DNA of 64,000 nucleotides, taken from NCBI RefSeq assembly GCF_036321535.1, contig NC_087437.1, positions 56,856,001 through 56,920,000 of the forward strand, in the 5' to 3' direction. The notes beneath the pieces were generated by a model. The model was not told the DNA's origin, did no database searches, and saw only the letters and a list, made by a program, of their open reading frames with translations. This document shows positions 53,500 through 64,000 of this stretch, one piece after another (the first letter of the stretch is position 1; every line of letters starts with the position of its first letter). The DNA is from Camelus dromedarius. Lineage: Eukaryota. Position numbers and translations under genes: made by a program.

Positions 53500-54080
53500 C
53501 TCTTCTAGCTATCTATTGCTATGTAATAGACAACTCTACACCTCCTTAGCTTCAAACAATAACATTCATGTATTTGTTTAATATTCAAGAAATTGGACCA
53601 GGTCAGTGAGGACAGCTCATCTTTGTCCCACATGGCTTTATTTGGAATGTCTCAGCTGGGTTTTGAAGATCCATCACCAAAATGCTTGGCAGACCTCTAG
53701 GTATTAGCTGTCAGTTGGAAGCTCCATGAGGGCTTCTGGCTGGGGAGCTTTGTTCCCCTCCCGACAGCCTCTCCACATGGCTAGTTGAGTCTCTCACTGC
53801 ATAGAGATAAGAGGATAGTCAGATTTCTTACAAGGCAACTGACTTCTTTCAAAGCATCAAAACAGAAGTCACCAAGCCCTCTTAACGCCAGGGCTTTGGG
53901 GTCGCAGAATGCTACTTCTGCTGCATTTTCTTGGCCAGTGTAGTCAAAGATTCAGCCTAGATTCAGTGGGAGGGGAATTAGACTCCACGTTTTGATGGAG
54001 GTCTACATTGTCATACTGCAAGAGGGCATGTGTGATAGAACCAATATTGTGGCCAGTTTTTCAAATGTAATCTAAGACTC
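53500..54080 (-). mobile_element. Old MLT1-type LTR
   Basis: tagctatctattgctatgtaata...cctctccacatggctag...tagattcagtgggaggggaattagactccac. Confidence 0.65.
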
Positions 54081-55369
54081 ACAGTTTTCCACATCCTCTA
54101 TTCCTCCCCCTCCCCCTGCTCAGAGTTAGCCACTGTCATCAATGTGTAAACTTCTCATTCATAGTTTTATACCATTAGTACAGCTCTCTCTAGCACTGAA
54201 TGCCTTTCATACTTCCAGCATTCTCCATATAGAGCCAAGCAAAATATTGAAGGAGCTTCACAAATGTGTTATAAGACAGGGATTCCCTAGATGTGTTTAC
54301 CTAAGAATCAACTAATCTACCATTACACTGCTGACAGCTTGAGTTACACAGATTCACCCTCTTTCCAACTCTCAATATGAATTTATAGTCCTACCCTTCT
54401 AGTTACTGCTATGATGAGGAAAATAACATGTAGAAAGAAGATTCCTAAATAATGGGTCTCTTGCAGAAAACCTGACCACGCAGTTCACCTTTCAGAGTGG
54501 ATTACAATGTCTTGTAGGTTAAAGATTTCCTTTTAATTAAGACCTTCCTCCATACCTTTTTTTTAAGTAACCGTTGGTTGAAAAAAAATACATATCACAA
54601 AAAGCTACACTGCTCTTAGTAATACTTGTAAATAAATGTTTATATATTAATCACAAAAGTACTTGAGTTCATTCAAAAATAGAAATATGCTTTATGAGAG
54701 TTACAACTCATGCAGTCTACAGATAATTCTTGATATGTATATAAATTGGTGAAATTCGTTGTGATAATTCCAGCATACAAGATATTTGCACCCCAGAGAT
54801 TAAGAACATTTTACCATAGCTCACACTGCTGAATTTTGCTTTAGCTCTGTGTTAGATCATGGTCCTCCTTGCGCTAATCAGAACCTGTGCCAGTATGTTT
54901 AATATCTCTGGATATGAAACCTATTGACATCCTACCGTAGTCCCTGCCAAGTCTCTTGGATAAGAGTCCGTTACCCTCGCTCCATATGGACTCACTTTCT
55001 TCATCATTGTCTCTTGCCTGTATTCTCATGGCAGACATGAAGAAATCTCCCAAATGACAGTGGTGTCCATAATTTTGTTTCTTATTTTTCACACTGGAAA
55101 TGATTTATATGTAATAAATAAATGCTCCTTAAACAAGAGTCAGGCTTCGGGACGTAGCGGTGTAAGCTAAAATTTCCTCTTGGAAAATCAAAATTCCTCT
55201 GTATTTTAATCTAGGTGTTTTTCTAAATCTTTTTAATTATGACTACTATCTAGTAAGGTCTAGATTTTTTTTCCCTCAAATTCCTTTTTGCAAAACACGT
55301 TTTCCTGAAAACTTTACTTTTAAAAAATACTGTTTGATCAGCTTGGTCATGATATGCTTTAATACTTCT

Positions 55370-56590
55370 TTACCAAGTACTTTAGCCAAGAATTTATTCA
55401 ATACATGTTTAATGAGCAGCTATTATGTGCCAACACTATTCTATGTACTGAGGATACAGTAATAATCCACACAGAGAAGTTCCAATCCTCTTACTAGATT
55501 GGAAGGACATAACAAATAAACATATGACCATATAATATCTGCAGGGGTAAGTGACTTGAAGAGAAAAAAAGAGTGGACAATATATGGAATGACAGAGATT
55601 GTATTACTATTTTAGAGAAGGTCAAGGAAAGTCTCTTTGAGAAGGTGGCACGTGGGTAGATTTAATGAAATTGAGGGAGCATATCACGTGGTTATTGGGC
55701 AAGGGATGGGGTTGGCTGAAGGCTTTCTAGGAAGAGGAACCAATTAAGTGAAAAGGCCCTGATGTAAGACTATGTACGGCCTAGGAGGAACATCAGGATG
55801 TCAGGGTAAGAGAAGGGCAGCGAGTGAAGGGACAAGAAGAAGGAAATGAAATCAGAGCAGTAGGGGTGATTCTAGTAAATTATGGTAAGCACTTTGTATT
55901 GTTTTCTAAAGAAGAGATGACACTGGAGGTTTAAGTGCAAAGGAGTGACATTCTCTAACTTATATTTTAAAGTGTAAGTGATTCTACAGATATAGAGAAC
56001 AAACTAGTGGTTACCAGTGGGGGGAGGGAAGGGGGAAGAGCAATATAGGGGCAGAGGAGCAAGAGGTACAAACTATTAGGTGTAAGATAAGCTATAAGGA
56101 TATACACATATATAAAATGAGCTACAACATGGGGAAAATAAACGATATCATACAATAACTAAAAATGGGGTATAACTTTAAAAATTGTGAATCACTCTAT
56201 TGTACACCAACTGTATTTCAATAAAAAATACGTGAGTGACTCTGGCTGCTACATAGATTATAAACTCTAGAGGAGAAAGGGCAGAAACAAGAAGTCTGGA
56301 AAGGAGACTAACAAATATCCAAGTGAGACATAATGAGAATTCAGACTATGGTGGTAGCAGTCAGGTAATGAGATGTAGTCAAACTGTAGTTACATTTGCA
56401 AGATTGAGCTGGTTGCATCTGCTAATGGATAGATGTGCGGTACAAAAGAATGAAAGGAGCCAATAGATGACCAACATCTCAGACCCCAGCAACTGCATTC
56501 TCTGTTGTTCTCTAAAGGGATGAAGTACATAGCAGGAGCAGGAGGTATTAAAGAAATGAAGGGATCACTGTTAGTCATTCATGTTTAAAT
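55370..56590 (-). mobile_element. L2 remnant interrupted by an L1 3' end (+, ~55985-56230)
   Basis: tttattcaatacatgtttaatgagcagctattatgtgcc is the reverse complement of the L2 3' end. The L1 insert runs agagaacaaactagtggttaccagtgggg...tttcaataaaaaa. Confidence 0.7.
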
Positions 56591-56596
56591 GCCAAT

Positions 56597-57740
56597 ATAT
56601 CAGTCGGCTTGGGTGCTATAATGAAATAACATGAATTGGGTGGCTTAAGCAACAGATATTTCTTATAGTTTTGGAATCTGAGATCAAGATCAAGGTGCCA
56701 GGAGATTCAGTTCCTGGTGCAAGCTCTCTTCCTGGATTGCAGATGACCGCCTTCAGTCTGTGACTTAACATGACAGAGAGAGTGAGCTCTGGTCTTTCTT
56801 CTTTTATAAAAACACTAATTCTATCAGGGCACTCTCCTGACATCACTTAAACCTAATCACCTCCCAAAGACCCCACCTCCAAATACCATCACACAGGAGA
56901 TTAGGATCTCAACATATGAATCTTGGGGGTTGTGATATGATGATTTATAAGAATATATATATTTGGTCATTCGGATGACAGTTTCTGGCTCACAACTCCC
57001 AAAACCTTTGAAATTTCCTGATTGATGAGATCAACAAAGGTGTTGCATTATGTTACTGAGGTGACTTTTGGACCTCATCTAATGATGGAGGCTCATTGCC
57101 AGTCCTGTGATTCATGGGCTGGAACTTTAAATTCCACTCTGACCTCCAGAGAGGGGAGAAGGACCGAAGGTTAAATAAATTGCCAATGACCAATGATTTA
57201 ATCAATCATGACACTGTAGTGAAGTTTCCATAAAAGCCAAAAAGGACGAGGTTTTGAGAGCGTCCACACTGGGAAACCAAGCACTTCTGCGTGTCATGCT
57301 GTGGGGCCACGAGCTCTATGAGAACAGAAGCTCCTTTGTTTGAAGGACCTAACCCTAAGTATATTTTTATTTGGCTGTTGCTTTGTATCTTTAAATTGGC
57401 ATTCTAGGACATAAATGGTTTTCTTGAATTCTGTGAGAACTTCTAGGAAATTAATCGAATGCAAGGTGGGGGTCATTGGAATCTCTAATTTGGTCAGAAG
57501 CACAGATAACAACCTGGGCTTGTGATTAAAGTCTAAAGTGGAGGGTGGTTTTGTGTGACTGAGTCCTTTACCTGTAGAATCTGATTTTATCTCCAGGTAG
57601 ATAGTGTCAGAACTGAGTAAAATTCTCAGACACCCTGCTGGTGTTCAGGAACTGTTTGTTGGTGTGGGATAGCCTCCACACACGCATTGGAATTGGGCCA
57701 AAGACCCTTTTAGGAGGACATAGATATTCAGCCCCTAACA
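56597..57740 (-). mobile_element. MLT1A-like LTR split by a MER21-like LTR (+, ~56931-57700)
   Basis: MLT sequence runs to caacatatgaatcttggggg, is interrupted by tgtgatatgatg...tatatatttggtc, then resumes ggacatagatattcagcccctaaca. Confidence 0.7.
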
Positions 57741-60115
57741 ATTAATTAAACATTCAAATGAATATGAAAACTAGGCAGTTGGATACATGAATATGGAACT
57801 CATGGGAGAGTTTGGGTTGAAAATATAAATTTAGGAGTTGTCAGAATATTAGGTTGAACCACGTTGTTAATTTTTTCAGTCAAAATGGTGCCATATTGGA
57901 AATTTCATTTACCGTGAGAGTAAGCAATTAAAGCAAAGAGACAACGACTCACCCAAAGTAAAAGAACAGTTGGGAAAGGATAGTTTGAGAACTAAAAGGC
58001 TGTCTGAAACACTCGAACATTAAAGGTCCAGGAAATTGGGAGGATCCCCTAAAGAATGTGATACAGGAGTGTGAGTGTGTGTGTGTGTGTGTTTAGTTTC
58101 AGTGTACATTCTAGGGGTGGGTGATTTTTCTATCTAGGAGTGTAAACTGCAGATGTTGTAACCTGGGATATTATCAGAAGGCTACACTCTAAAGGAAATT
58201 ATAAGAGCTTAAGGTAATTTTTTTAAAATATTAGATTAACAGCAGAGCTTTTATAGCATAATTCAATGAATATTAGAAATGAGTTTAAAATTGTGGGTAT
58301 TTGAAATATGTAGAGACATGCATATTCAAAAGAATATTCAAAAGAAATTCTCCTTTCTTGTTTGAATAGGGTATAAGAACCAAGGAAGCCTTTCAGCCTG
58401 TACTCTTTGCAGCAGTGCCCAAGCATGATTCCAAAATAATGTCTGTGTTTGTACAAATCTTTTATGAACTGTGTAGTTAGAGCTCATAAAAGGATAAGAA
58501 ATTGGGACTTTATCAAGTTTTCAGAGCATATTTTCAGACTTTTTGTACCTACTTGTTAATAAACGTGTGTGTATATACATCTAAGAATTTGGTTTTAGAC
58601 ATACTTTTTGTAACCTGGTAGAAACAATTTGGGCAGAACTGTTAGCCTATAATTATCTCCAATAATTGGCAGATACCACTATCCAGAAGAACCCCCAAAT
58701 GGAGTTTTCATCAGTTTAGGTCATTTTCAACAATGTGGCTACTGGTGTAGAAATATCTTGGGAGATAAATGAGATCAGCAAAAAGAAAAAACAAAACAAA
58801 ACAAAACTGAAACAAAAAGATATTTCAAGAAGACGGGTAGGATCAAATCTATTACATGGTAATAGTTACCCAATAAGAGGATGGCTGAGAGCTGACCTCT
58901 GGATTTGGCAATGTGGAGGTCATTGTTAATTCTAATGAAAACAGCTTTTTTTTTTTTTTTGAAGTGGTGGAACTAAAAAGTATGGTTGGAACAGGTTCAA
59001 GAAGGGATGGGAGAATAGAACATGGTGATCATATGAATAGATTAATATGTCTTATGATTTTAAGAGACTGATCATAAGAAATGTAGGTATTTTTAAGAAA
59101 CACAAAGCAATGAATCTTTGGCATATCTTACTATATCGGTCAGAGTCTAGGCAGGAAACAGAAGGCACACTCAAAATGGTTTAACTGGAAAAGCTAAAAT
59201 GAAGGGACTACTTCCAAAGGTGTGGGTACAGTGAAGGGAACTAGCAACATGAAGCCATAACCATCATAGGCCTGAAGGAAATGGTATAATTAGCGACCCA
59301 CTAGAGCTGGCACTGTGGGAATGAGGCTCTAGACAGGCATTGTAGTCAAAGGGATGCAGTACGGGACCAAAATTTTAGCCTAGCATAAAGGTTACGGTTG
59401 TCTCCCACTATAACCATGTCCTTCCCCCAACACACACACACGCACGCACACACACAGCTTTCCTATTTCCACCTGAACATTTCATTCCAGTATTCCCTGC
59501 CCCTCACCACAGTCCCCAGAACTCCTGCCACAAATTTTGCCCCAGCAAGAATCAGAGGTTCTGACAACAGTATCCATCCCCAAAGTAATCCTTCAGCTCA
59601 GATTTTCTAGAAAGTTCTCTCTTTTTTTTAAATCTGCATGTTCCATTGAACTTCGTGATTTTATTTTTTGTTTCAAAAATGTTTCAGAAAATGGAAATGG
59701 GCAACAGGGAGGGAAGACATTTTTTAGCACTGAATAGAATATATTAAAAATTAAACTATTTGAAATATGAAAAAAAATACACACCCTGATATTTTTCGCC
59801 TCCTTTCTTTTGATCTTCTGCCAGTGCTACGCATTGGTTGAACTCAAAAGGAAGCCACAGGGCAAGAAGGCCCTGGTGATCTGCTCATAAATGTCAACCT
59901 CCCAGGGCAGAGCATGACAGAGAAGTGAAGACAATAGATTTGGGGAGGGAAACAGACAAAAATGCTATTCTAAATATTCTCTGTGACCACAGGAAGTTTG
60001 AAAAAAAAATCACAGAAGGCAGGGAACTTCAAAATCCCCATGAAAAACTGTTTTTCTAATATTATTGCCTTCCTATTTACACATTTAATTTACTGGGTGT
60101 TCTGTCTGCCTACCA

Positions 60116-60312
60116 CAGGGGTTGGCAAACTTTTTTCTGAAAAGGGTCCAATAGTAAACATTTTGTATTTTGAGACCTAAGAGGCAAAATTGAAAATATT
60201 ATGTTGTATTTACAGAACCACTTAAAATGTAATCATTTAAACACATTAAAAAGCAGTCATTCAAATCCAGTGGGCTGGATTGGGCCTGTGGGCCAGGGTT
60301 TGTCACCCTCTG
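60116..60312. mobile_element. MER58-like hAT element
   Basis: TIRs caggggttggcaaac...gtttgtcaccctctg. Confidence 0.75.
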
Positions 60313-61101
60313 GCCTGCTCTTAATTTTTTGCTAGCTTAAAGTCTGCCCATTTTTTCAGTGTCAAGTCCAAATAAAGCCTCCTCCATGTGGCCTCTCATA
60401 CTGTGACTGTGAGCTCTGAGTGACAAAATCAACTTTTACAAGTTTAATATAGTAATTTTACTAGCTTGAATTGAGAGGACGGTGAGGGGTAGACCCCAGA
60501 ACACAGAGCAGGAATCCCAGCTGCTGCAGGGACCTGCGGGTTCACTATTGTGGTAACATCAGAACACACCTTCTTCCTCTCTTTCTCTTCTTATCTTGGC
60601 TTCTGTCTTCAGCATGGCTTCATTGCCTACTAGAAAGAGCAAACCTTCTCCACAAGAAATAGAATGCTTTTCTGTCCTTCTTCATGTAGTAATCCCAGAG
60701 TAGTCTGCCTGACCTTTTTGGTCACACACTCATCCTTAGATGAATGTATGTGGGTGAGGGAGGAAGGGTGCTGGTAGTGGTGAGATTTTGATTGCAGGAG
60801 CTTGGGAGAAGAGCCCGAGGAGGGCTTCCCAAAGGGTGGGAGAATTCTGTTGCCAGGAGATGCTGTCTATTTCGGGGAGATAAACATGTCACAATTCTAG
60901 TCCAATGTGTGACATGCCAGAAGACAGAGATGTCTGAGAAATATTGTTACCACCCTCAGTACCGAACATCACACTTGCTAGACATTCACGCATTTCTGAT
61001 GAATGAATGACTCAGTTCCCCCAGCTGGTCGTGAACACTCTTCTCTAAACTGGCCCAGGTTTTTACCAGCTACTCTTTAGCTCTGGACGTTGTAGTAGAG
61101 G

Positions 61102-61136
61102 GTTTTTGTTTTTGTTTTTGTTTTTGTTTTTGTTTT
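61102..61136. repeat. (GTTTTT)n microsatellite at the edge of the CpG island
   Basis: gtttttgtttttgtttttgtttttgtttttgtttt. Confidence 0.85.
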
Positions 61137-61219
61137 ATGCCCGTATACTATCTTTCTTCTAATCCCGGGAAGCAAAGTGTGCCTGAGAGAGCCAGGCACA
61201 CAGGAAGCATCCTGTGGAA

Positions 61220-62050
61220 GCCGACAGAATGGTGACTACAGAGGCGACAGTAACGACTGGGTTCAGGGTGACCCCTGCGGCCTTTCTGCGGAGGCCTTCA
61301 GGACACAAAGCCCCCACGGAAAGACGCGACCCCCGGTTGGGAGGGAGGCCGGGCGCGGGGGCGGGGGCACAGAGGGGCCCCAGCCTCGGGCGCGTCACTC
61401 GGCACAAAGGAGACAGCAGGGAGGCGGCCGCGGGAGCCGATCCTCTCTCGCCAGCCACTCGCGATTGCGGTTACAGACCTGCAGCTTCCCTCCCCCTCCC
61501 CACCCAGGCCCGCCCGCCAGCCTTTCTGTCTCCTCTCCGCCTCCGTACTGGCCGGCCCGGGTCCATTTCCGGGCTCCGGGTATTTGGTATCGATCAAGGC
61601 CGGGGGCGCGGGAGCAGGTGGCTGCGGCCGGGCAGCTGGGCTGCCAGCCTGGTGCGCCGGGCCCGTCTCGCGCCGCCTTTGTCGCCAGTCCTTGCCCGGC
61701 GGGCCGCTCAGTTCCCCGGACCCGCGCGAGCTGCCGGCCCGACTTTGCGCCGCGTCGGGCGCTGCTGCTGCTCTTGGGCGCGGGGCCGCGCTTGGTGCCG
61801 GCGGCGGCCGGGAAGCGGGAGGCCAACGGCAACCTGGACCCCGGGCCAACATGGCTGAAGTCGGCATCGACCAGTCCAAGCTGCCAGGAGTCAAAGAAGG
61901 TAGGAGTCGGGCGGTGGAGCGCGGGCGCGGGGCCCCTCCGGTTCCCAGCCCGGCGTTGCTCCGGGCGGGGGCCTCGTCTCGGCGTGCCCCGCCGCCCTCG
62001 CTGGCGCCCACCTGGTCCGGGCTGCCCTGGCCGGGAAGGGAATCGAATTC
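61220..62050. promoter_or_regulatory. CCDC50: CpG island / CCDC50 promoter and 5'UTR
   Basis: Very GC- and CpG-rich against an AT-rich background. GC box ggggcgggg near 61357-61365; ETS-type tttccgg near 61566-61572. Confidence 0.9.
61851..61899 (+). CDS. CCDC50: Coiled-coil domain-containing protein 50 (Ymer), first coding exon: [16 protein letters not shown](V)
   Basis: Strong Kozak gccaacATGG; 49 nt then donor G|gtagga. Matches recalled human [21 protein letters not shown]. Sits in a CpG island and agrees with synteny. Confidence 0.96.
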
Positions 62051-64000
62051 AGGGTCTGCTGTGGGACCTTGGGCCAGTCACTTACGTTCTGAGCCTCGGG
62101 TTTTTCCTATGTAAGGAGATGGGGGGGAGAGAGGCAAGCACCACTCGCATCAAGTGGTTGTGCAAATGTCCTAGGGACTAGCAGTGCCCGTAGTGAACGC
62201 ACCACAACTGGGTACATTTGACTTACTTGTGTTCTGAAAAATTAAGGCCCAGCCTAGCTGGCTTGAAGGCTGGAAAGTGGGGAGGGGTTGACGTTCAGTT
62301 CCGTGTGGAGCCTTTGTTTTGAAACTTGACTCTTTCCCTCCTTCTGTCTACTTTTCCTAGCCCTGCGTCTGGCTGGCTGACTTTCCCACCTTCCTCCAGG
62401 TTTAAAAGTTTAGTCTGGGCACTGCCCAGCACGGGCAGGCGGACGGAAAGCTGTTCTAAACATTCTCTTCACAAAAAGCAGTGAGCGAGGGGGGACAGGG
62501 GACTGACTGTGACCTTCATTTTCACTGCCTCGCTACACTGATGAGCAGGAAAATCAAGATTAATTACTACAGGTCTTGCTTGGCTACTAGCAAGAGCCCG
62601 TTGACTTCCCTTCCATCCTCAAGACCTAGTTTTTTGTTTTGTTTTGTTTTGTTTTTGTTTTCATGAGGTCTTGGGTACTGGACCGCCTTAATATTTAGTT
62701 TTCTTTGGCTATTATTTAGCCCTAGGGAGCATGGAAGTCTCAGGGTGCTATCCGGGCTTGCAAAGGTTGTCTCTGTTGTGGATGTCATTTGTTTCAGCTG
62801 ACTCCTGTGGTCTTAGTTGTCTTGGGAATGTGGAATTGAAAGTAAGAATCTTTTGCTTTCTTGGAACTGTGTGTCTTACTGCCAACCTGATTTGACTCAA
62901 ATAGGCTTGTGGGTGCTCAGGCTGACCCTAGAATATGAAGAAAGTTTCTCTGTTTTATTTCCCAGAGTTCCAAGCACTAGGAGACAGAATCTCTGGTTTT
63001 ATGTAGAATTTTTAATGGGGCTATGGGCTTGTCCTATTGTTCCTGAAGGATAATAGAGTTTAGGCCTGAGATTTTAGCAAGTGGTGTTTTTCAACCTTTT
63101 AGTTCCCAGCCAGCCTGGCTTTGGTGAAGATTCTGGCATTCGCATGTAAATGTACTCTTCTTAGCACTGTCAGGACTGGAGCCTGAGTTATAGGAAAGGC
63201 AAAGTCGCAGTCTTTGAGACTCTCCTTAACCTTACTGGTAGGAGAGGTGTGCGTTTGTATGTGTGTGGTGGAGGGGATGTCTCTAGAGAAAAAAGTGTGT
63301 AGCGCTTCCTTGGGGGTGAGTGATGAGTAGGATGAGAACTGGAGTTCAAACACAACCTTAATATGTAAAGTATTAGTCATGTAGTGTTATGATTTTATCT
63401 AGCTCCCTATACATGTCAGTTACCCGAAACAAACTTGAAACTCACTTTCTGTGTATGCATTTGTATGACTCTTAGGTCTTCTGGTTTCTAACCAAGACAT
63501 GAATGGTTTATTCTAGTATATTCTTTTTGAAGGATTTCACCTATAACTGCAGGATTTTTCCATTGCTAAACTCAAGTTTAACACATTTGAATTGGCTTTC
63601 ATTTTGTGCAATATGGTGTCAGGCAATCCAGTTTCCATAGTATTGGTAAAGTGGTAAAGAAATTTATGTGGCTGTTTCATTAAGTTAGAATTAAATATTG
63701 ATTTGCTTTGAAGGTGGTCCGAAATTGTTGAGAACATCACTGTCTCTGTAAGCATCTGATTTTTCTGATTCAAAGATCATCAAAGGAAGTAATGTACTGT
63801 ACTAGAAACGTCCTAATGGTAGATTGTTTTTTGATCTGGGAAGTAGTCACATCTAATAAAGTGTATCTTTAGGTAATATAACTCTTAATTATGGCCCAGT
63901 TACTCCCTAACAATATTTATGGACCCTAATTAAAGAAAATAAAGTTGGTGCCCATGATTGAGTAAAACACACACAAACATTGAGACTGTTCTTAATATTG

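Noticed and set aside
61159..62181. Long overlapping ORFs (334, 237, 214, 176, 145 aa) on both strands
   Set aside because: Stop-poor GC-rich CpG-island sequence giving Arg/Pro/Gly/Ala-rich translations. Only 61851-61899 is recognisable CCDC50 coding sequence.

Overview
This is AT-rich mammalian genomic DNA, probably camelid, judging from its tRNA-derived SINEs (Vic-1-like) and the absence of Alu, B1 or Bov-A elements. It covers the conserved OSTN - UTS2B - CCDC50 locus. By manual splicing I recover three genes. (1) OSTN (+): the last coding exon (13387-13471) and a probable non-coding terminal exon (from 16985). (2) UTS2B (-): the complete five-exon CDS (32970 down to 20860; 360 nt, 119 aa), ending in KR-ACFWKYCV, the urotensin II-related peptide. 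(3) CCDC50 (+): the CpG-island promoter and first coding exon (61851-61899). The ORF track misses the OSTN and UTS2B exons and contains the CCDC50 exon only inside an unspliced ORF. The rest is mostly decayed L1, L2, MIR, MaLR/ERV LTRs and hAT elements; family names come from recalled consensus sequences and their boundaries are approximate. I found no convincing new multi-gene system. The most interesting oddities are: a 36-nt U2 snRNA retrocopy lying antisense just inside a UTS2B intron; an unassigned ~220-bp inverted/direct-repeat element at 45.3-45.5 kb; a possible hybrid promoter/acceptor at the first UTS2B coding exon; possible tail-to-tail OSTN/UTS2B 3'UTR overlap; and a templated-inversion repair scar at 39.2 kb.
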